A DNA stretch of 50,196 nucleotides from a virus (lineage: Duplodnaviria; Caudoviricetes), in the IMG/VR virus record IMGVR_UViG_3300036832_000479, positions 1 to 50,196 of that record. One strand, written 5' to 3'. A program made the position numbers and the translations under genes. The notes beneath the pieces are model-generated. The model worked only from the letters and a program-made list of their open reading frames with translations. It had not been told where the DNA came from and did no database searches. Of this stretch, positions 45,327 through 50,196 are shown in pieces; the stretch's first letter is position 1, and the number at the start of each line of letters is the position of its first letter.

Positions 45327-45638
45327 TTAGTCGAGCCGGAATTTTCCGGTGATGATAACGAGCGGCCCGAAAATTATGTCGCTCGGTGCCCACAGCTCCA
45401 TCATGACGATCTTCGTGGCGAGCGGATTGGGCTCGCAGTCCCGCTTGCCATCCTCGTTGATCCAGAATTGCGCGTCGCTATCGATCACTTTGATGTGCTC
45501 GCTGGGCCACCATAGATGCTCGATGAAGCCACCGACCCAGCCCTGAACGTCCGCCAGCGTCGGCTTCGTAGACGGCAGCACGATCTCAATCGCCAGCGGG
45601 CGGACGATGAAGCATTGCCCGGCAGGTCTAATCTTCAT
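45327..45638 (-). CDS. DUF3846-like phage protein
   Basis: LADVQGWVGGFIE, NEDGK...PNPLAT, IFGPLVI. Confidence 0.7.
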   Translation of the reverse strand: MKIRPAGQCFIVRPLAIEIVLPSTKPTLADVQGWVGGFIEHLWWPSEHIKVIDSDAQFWINEDGKRDCEPNPLATKIVMMELWAPSDIIFGPLVIITGKFRLD

Positions 45639-45804
45639 CGATCGGCTCGTCATGCCAATAGCTGGCATCGGTAAGCACGTCCGAGCGATAGCGGCTCAGC
45701 TTTTCCTTCTGGCAGCCTTCGCAGACGTAGGTCAGGAAGATGCCGCGCGCGTCGTATTCTGCCCAGCGTGGCTTGCCACTTGGGCACGTGCAAAGTTTGG
45801 TCAT
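45628..45804 (-). CDS. Small Cys-containing phage protein, 58 aa
   Basis: MTKLCTCPSGK...YDARGIFLTYVCEGC...; translated by hand; overlaps neighbours. Confidence 0.65.
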   Translation of the reverse strand: MTKLCTCPSGKPRWAEYDARGIFLTYVCEGCQKEKLSRYRSDVLTDASYWHDEPIDED

Positions 45805-45983
45805 TGGTTGTCATCCTTCTTGGTAAGACGGGCCGCGATCATATCCGTCAGAATGTCGAGCGGAACCGCGTCATGGGCGCCGCCTGTATCCAGGTCGACC
45901 AGATCGCGGAGCGACTCGCGGTCGTCAGGATTGACGCCGCGCTTCGCGTAATTTTTGGCGAGCCGATCGGCTGTCATTTTCAT
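45801..45983 (-). CDS. Hypothetical protein
   Basis: GGAGG RBS; ATGA overlaps. Confidence 0.55.
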   Translation of the reverse strand: MKMTADRLAKNYAKRGVNPDDRESLRDLVDLDTGGAHDAVPLDILTDMIAARLTKKDDNQ

Positions 45984-46147
45984 GGCGCGACCTCCCGGCA
46001 CGCAATGACCTGATAGCGGGTCAGGCGCGAGCCGCAGCACGTGTAGGTTTTCCCTACCTCGAAAGCGACCGGTGACCGATCTTCGATCGTCAGGCCCTTC
46101 AGGGCACCGGAAACGAACTGCTTCGTGACGACGAAAGAAACGGCCAT
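45980..46147 (-). CDS. Hypothetical protein
   Basis: GGAGG RBS; first gene after promoter copy 2. Confidence 0.6.
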   Translation of the reverse strand: MAVSFVVTKQFVSGALKGLTIEDRSPVAFEVGKTYTCCGSRLTRYQVIACREVAP

Positions 46148-46193
46148 GGGGGCCTCCCGAAAACGCCGCGGCAGGATTGCCGTGACCCGACCT

Positions 46194-46222
46194 ATGTAGG
46201 CCAATGGATTATGCCAGTCAAG
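46194..46222 (-). promoter_or_regulatory. Repeated promoter/operator, copy 2
   Basis: Reverse strand CTTGAC-N17(tggcataatccattggc)-CTACAT; extra TATGCCATTGG at 46231-46241. Confidence 0.75.
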
Positions 46223-46321
46223 CGATTTTTTATGCCATTGGATAAAATTTTTATTGCGCCCGCCAAGCCGGTTCTATATACGAGAGGAACCGGGCCGCGT
46301 GGCCCATCCCTGGAGGCAAGA

Positions 46322-46618
46322 ATGTCCGTTCACTCTGAAATCTCACCCGAAGCGCAGGAGTTGGCGCTGACCGTCATCAACGACGGCGCTGGCTATCTCG
46401 GCCGCTGCGGCATCGCCCGCAACCCCAGCCCGCACTATCGCGCGGGAGAGTGGGCAGCAATCGCCACCCACGCCGCCATGGCGTTCGATCGCGAGTTTTC
46501 GCCGGCTGGCGGCTCGCACTTCACGGCCAGCGATATCCTGCAAGCGGCCGTGGAGCTGGAGGCGTATTACGACGCGCACGTCACCGAAAATGACGCCGCG
46601 CAGAAAGCCGCGTCATGA
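46322..46618 (+). CDS. Hypothetical protein
   Basis: GGAGG RBS before ATG 46322. Confidence 0.65.
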   Translation: MSVHSEISPEAQELALTVINDGAGYLGRCGIARNPSPHYRAGEWAAIATHAAMAFDREFSPAGGSHFTASDILQAAVELEAYYDAHVTENDAAQKAAS

Positions 46619-46878
46619 GGACCGTTCGCGCACTGAAACCCGTGCCCGCGCCCAAGAAGCGGACGGCCAAGCCGAAGCCGGTGCCGAAACTGACGCCAGG
46701 AGACGAGCTGCGCGCGGAGCTGCGCGAGATTGGCATCACGCAGAGCGAACTGGCCCGGCTCACCAATTGCGGCACCGTCACCGTATTCCGCTGGGTCTCG
46801 GATGCCCGCGCGGTCCCGCACTGGCTGCCGTCGTGGCTTGCCATGTACCGGCGGCTGAAGGACCTGGAGCAGACATGA
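46615..46878 (+). CDS. XRE-type HTH protein
   Basis: LREIGITQSELARLTNCGTVTVFRW...VP.W. Confidence 0.8.
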   Translation: MRTVRALKPVPAPKKRTAKPKPVPKLTPGDELRAELREIGITQSELARLTNCGTVTVFRWVSDARAVPHWLPSWLAMYRRLKDLEQT

Positions 46879-47087
46879 AGATCGTCGAAGTCTGGCCCAA
46901 GGGCTATGCGCACGAAAGCGGCCTGAAGCGGCTCACCGTCGACGACGACGCGAACCCGTGGACAGCCGTGCGCGCGGCGTTCGGACCCTGGGCGACCGTG
47001 GCCGGCATCCGGCCGGCGCGCGCAGCTCCAGCCGAAGTGTTCAGCCTGGAATACATCAGGGAAATGAGCAAAAACGACAATTCGTGA
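46875..47087 (+). CDS. Hypothetical protein
   Basis: GGAG RBS; ATGA overlap. Confidence 0.55.
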   Translation: MKIVEVWPKGYAHESGLKRLTVDDDANPWTAVRAAFGPWATVAGIRPARAAPAEVFSLEYIREMSKNDNS

Positions 47088-47096
47088 CGATCAGCA

Positions 47097-47125
47097 CTTG
47101 ACATGCTTATGCCATTGGCATATAT
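47097..47125 (+). promoter_or_regulatory. Repeated promoter/operator, copy 3
   Basis: CTTGAC-N17(atgcttatgccattggc)-ATATAT. Confidence 0.75.
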
Positions 47126-47156
47126 ACAGGGGGTAACGCGAACCAAGGAGCCGACC

Positions 47157-47333
47157 ATGACCAAATTTGATCCTATCGCCATTACCCCGATCGATGAATT
47201 CCCGGCATCATCGCGAGCGATTGCACGGGCGAAGGTGGCGGCGAAAGCTCTCGACCCCGAAAAAGAGGCGCTGATTGCGCGTATTCGGGCGAAATATGCT
47301 ACTGCGCAGGCGAAAGCGCGCGCTGATCGGTGA
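47157..47333 (+). CDS. Hypothetical protein, 58 aa
   Basis: AAGGAG RBS after promoter copy 3. Confidence 0.6.
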   Translation: MTKFDPIAITPIDEFPASSRAIARAKVAAKALDPEKEALIARIRAKYATAQAKARADR

Positions 47334-47361
47334 TCGGTAAATCGTAAATCGGCGCCTACGC

Positions 47362-47931
47362 GTGACCCCCAAAACAACCATGACCCGCTATATCGTCCGG
47401 CTGGTGCCCGAGCGGGCCGCGTGGCTGCGTCCAATAAAGGCGCAGCTCCGGACGCTCGAGATTGTTCCTGACCGCTCACGGGACGCCATGGACACGTTCC
47501 TGCGCGCCTTGCGCCATGCCGGCGATGATCCGGCTGTCCATATGGAAGACGACGCGATTCTGTGCGCCGATTTTCGCGCCAAGGCCGAAGCCGTCATCGC
47601 CGCGCGACCCGGATTCGTGATCCAGTTTTTCTCCCGGCTCGCCGAGGACAGTGCCCGCGGTTCCCGGCTCATGAGTGGACAGCGCTTCGCCTACAATCTG
47701 GCGTTCTACCTGCCGGCTGGATATTCGGCGCAGCTCGCCGCCTACCATGCCAGATGGCCGCGCCGGCACGAGCTGCTAAACCACTACGATCTCATGATGG
47801 GCGACTGGTTCGCCGAGCGACACGAAGCCTTCTGGCTGCACGTGCCGTCGCTGGTCCAGCATCGCGTCGCACGGTCGGCGATCGATCCGCGGCGATCGTC
47901 CAAACGCCAATCGCTGACGTTTGTCCCATAG
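47362..47931 (+). CDS. GT-A fold glycosyltransferase-like protein
   Basis: HMEDDAILC metal-binding motif, YD, HVPSLVQH. Confidence 0.7.
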   Translation: MTPKTTMTRYIVRLVPERAAWLRPIKAQLRTLEIVPDRSRDAMDTFLRALRHAGDDPAVHMEDDAILCADFRAKAEAVIAARPGFVIQFFSRLAEDSARGSRLMSGQRFAYNLAFYLPAGYSAQLAAYHARWPRRHELLNHYDLMMGDWFAERHEAFWLHVPSLVQHRVARSAIDPRRSSKRQSLTFVP

Positions 47932-47946
47932 CTGAAGGCAGCAAGC

Positions 47947-48465
47947 GTGAACTGGAAACCCGGCACGCCACTCCGACCCGGTCAGACGCGCTTCCCGATT
48001 CTCTGGACGGCGACTCTCGCAGAGCTGCGCTATCCGGAGCTGACCACGGTCTACGAGCCCGAATGGTTCACGGCGTTCTGGGGCGACGATCGTCAGTCGC
48101 GCCGCATCCGGTCATTCGGGCACCGCGACCCGGCTGATCATGCCAGCCCGCACTATCTCTGCACGCGTGGCGGCATCGAGTGGCACACCGATCCTGGCTA
48201 TACGCGCTATGCGCTGCAAATCCAGCTCTGGAACCAGGGGTTTATCGTGCATGGCCTGGGCGACGATCTGGAAACGGCGCCGCTATTCACCCCTGGCCGC
48301 GTGACGCTGCTCGACACATGGTCGCCGCATCAGGTCGCGCGGGACCCGCGTTTGCCGGAGCTTGGAATCAACAAGCTCCTGGTCGGCGCGGACTTCGCCA
48401 AGCGCCCACGCGTGCGCATCGAAGTGGCCCGCCTGATCCATCACCTGCGCACCAAACCGCCTTGA
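47947..48465 (+). CDS. 2OG-Fe(II)/cupin-like oxygenase
   Basis: WHTD (HxD) ... PGRVTLLDTWSPHQV (distal His) in a beta-rich pattern. Confidence 0.6.
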   Translation: MNWKPGTPLRPGQTRFPILWTATLAELRYPELTTVYEPEWFTAFWGDDRQSRRIRSFGHRDPADHASPHYLCTRGGIEWHTDPGYTRYALQIQLWNQGFIVHGLGDDLETAPLFTPGRVTLLDTWSPHQVARDPRLPELGINKLLVGADFAKRPRVRIEVARLIHHLRTKPP

Positions 48466-48484
48466 TATACGGCACAGATCAGCA

Positions 48485-48513
48485 CTTGACAGGCATATGC
48501 CAATGGCCTATAT
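48485..48513 (+). promoter_or_regulatory. Repeated promoter/operator, copy 4
   Basis: CTTGAC-N17(aggcatatgccaatggc)-CTATAT. Confidence 0.8.
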
Positions 48514-48564
48514 GTATGGGGACGGGCGGACGTGCCCGCAGCAATCAATAACGGAGCAACGATC

Positions 48565-48948
48565 ATGACCACTCTCACTCTCGGCGCAGGCGACGCGGTC
48601 TATGTGGCCGGCTGGACCGGCATCTATGACGACGCGACCGCGACCGTTTTCACCGTGCGCGATTATGCAGCCCGCCACGGCAAGGACCCTGACGCAGCCG
48701 AAGCCGACGCCGTCGCTCGCGGTCACGAGATCGTCGCGACGATCTATACGGGTAGCACGCTGCTCGGCGACCGCGCCGCCGCTGCGCGCCAGAACGCCGA
48801 GATGAAGGCGAAGCGTGCCGCAGCGATCGAACTCAAGAACGGCCAGTGGGTCGCGATCGAAGGCCGCCTGTACACGGTGCGCGTCGTGCGCGGCAACGAA
48901 GCCGGCCCGCGCAATTCCGACCCGATCAAATTCACGCTGGAGGCATGA
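48565..48948 (+). CDS. Hypothetical phage protein
   Basis: AATAACGGAG leader after promoter copy 4. Confidence 0.7.
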   Translation: MTTLTLGAGDAVYVAGWTGIYDDATATVFTVRDYAARHGKDPDAAEADAVARGHEIVATIYTGSTLLGDRAAAARQNAEMKAKRAAAIELKNGQWVAIEGRLYTVRVVRGNEAGPRNSDPIKFTLEA

Positions 48949-48951
48949 GCC

Positions 48952-49212
48952 ATGACCGAACTCGACCTTCAGGAGCAAATCGCGCGCATCCAGCGCAATC
49001 AGGCCGAAATTAACAAAATCGATTGGGAACGCGGCAAGGCCGATTGGGATACCCGCAAAATCGAGTGGGATATCCACAAAGCTGAATGGGATATTCAGCG
49101 GACGAAACAGGAAATTAAGCTCGCCATCTGGCCGATCGTGCTTGGCGCGGTTGGTGCCACGGTCGCTTTGATGACGGCCGGCGCCGGCCTGTTCAAGCTG
49201 CTAGGAGGCTGA
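48952..49212 (+). CDS. Coiled-coil protein with C-terminal TM helix
   Basis: Four 7-aa repeats K(I/A)(D/E)W(E/D)xx, then a hydrophobic helix. Confidence 0.7.
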   Translation: MTELDLQEQIARIQRNQAEINKIDWERGKADWDTRKIEWDIHKAEWDIQRTKQEIKLAIWPIVLGAVGATVALMTAGAGLFKLLGG

Positions 49213-49214
49213 GC

Positions 49215-49409
49215 ATGGATGACCGACAGCTCGTTGAAGCCCCACTGCGGCTCTATCGCACTCAGGCGCGCTGGGAGCCCTACAAAGCCGTGGCCGCGAT
49301 CGTCGGCGCCGCCGCGATCATGACGGGCGCGGTGCTCGCGCTATCCACTTGGATCGGCCACCAGCCGCAGACAATCGAGGTCCACGTGATGCCAGCCGAA
49401 ACGCGCTGA
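49215..49409 (+). CDS. Small single-TM protein
   Basis: AGGAGG RBS; central hydrophobic helix. Confidence 0.65.
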   Translation: MDDRQLVEAPLRLYRTQARWEPYKAVAAIVGAAAIMTGAVLALSTWIGHQPQTIEVHVMPAETR

Positions 49410-49477
49410 GGCGCGTCGCACGGAACTGGCCCACCGTGCCCGATGATGGCAGGCCACCAAAAAGGAATAATGGAACT

Positions 49478-49729
49478 ATGAGCGATCTTCTTCACATAAC
49501 AGCCGTCGGGACTGTTTTCGGTATTCCCGGCATAGACTGGTCAGGCTTCAGCGTGATTACTTTCGTTATGCTGATCCCTATCATAATTGGCCGCATTCTT
49601 GAATGGTCAATCCATAATCTGTTCCTCATCATGGGCGGACTGATCGGCTGGAACGTCGCCTGGGTTCTCTGGATCAAGCCTTATTGCGTCCGCAAGGCCG
49701 CGGCTGAGAACGCCGCCGCACAGACCTGA
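49478..49729 (+). CDS. Small two-TM membrane protein
   Basis: Two hydrophobic segments; lower GC; start set at ATG 49478. Confidence 0.55.
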   Translation: MSDLLHITAVGTVFGIPGIDWSGFSVITFVMLIPIIIGRILEWSIHNLFLIMGGLIGWNVAWVLWIKPYCVRKAAAENAAAQT

Positions 49730-49770
49730 ATTACCCACCCTACCCAAAATCAATAACGGAGTTTACGACC

Positions 49771-50100
49771 ATGACGATCCTCAAAACGACATCTATCGCG
49801 CTGATCGGCGCACTCGGTCTGACCGGATGTGCCACCATGCCCAACTTCGTGCCGGCGCACGATCAGGGCGTTGAAGAAGCCGCGGCCGCGCGGCTCGACT
49901 GCAAAGCCGTTTCCGAAGGCATGACGCCACCCACGCCGGGCGGATTCGTCGCCGCCAGTGGACGGCCGGCTTATGTCGGCGCGGTCATGGGTGCAGCCGC
50001 AATCGGCATGATCGCCGCCGCAGCCGAACGCCAGAAGGAAAAAATCGACACCTACACCGACTGCATGGTCGCGCACGGTTTCCGGGTGGCCGCGAAATGA
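49771..50100 (+). CDS. Lipoprotein
   Basis: Lipobox LTGC; C...CMVAHGF pair; its 3' part is repeated at 1-193. Confidence 0.75.
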   Translation: MTILKTTSIALIGALGLTGCATMPNFVPAHDQGVEEAAAARLDCKAVSEGMTPPTPGGFVAASGRPAYVGAVMGAAAIGMIAAAAERQKEKIDTYTDCMVAHGFRVAAK

Positions 50101-50196
50101 TCAAGTTTCTGCTCTCGGCGTGATCCTATTCCCGCTGCTGTTCTGCATCGGCGTCTATGGCTGCACCATGGCCCACGTCGCCGTCCTGACCCACTG
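49908..50196. repeat. Imperfect terminal direct repeat, right copy
   Basis: Matches 1-287. Confidence 0.95.

Overview
The window looks like one complete ~49.9 kb temperate tailed-phage genome read as a circle: bases 1-287 repeat imperfectly at 49908-50196. The host is probably an alphaproteobacterium (high GC, CTTGAC-N17-CTATAT promoters); this is inference. Modules in order: accessory/regulatory small genes (1-3.8 kb), an iteron-like non-coding array and lambda-like cos candidate (4.0-4.7 kb), lambda-type terminase/head genes (TerL carries a class 3 mini-intein), a P2-type contractile tail with two tandem tail fibres, an intact attP plus tyrosine integrase, an IbrA/methyltransferase/IbrB/ParB cluster, leftward recombination genes with an HNH endonuclease, rightward replication genes (SF2 helicase, VRR-NUC, primase-polymerase/helicase), and a second accessory region with a repeated promoter-operator motif and a glycosyltransferase + 2OG-Fe(II)-like oxygenase pair. 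The best candidate for an undescribed system is a phage DNA (or virion) modification pathway built from the 31.2-34.5 kb cluster and the 47.4-48.5 kb pair. No lysis cassette and no CI-type repressor were recognised. All protein calls come from motif recognition by eye, with no database searches.
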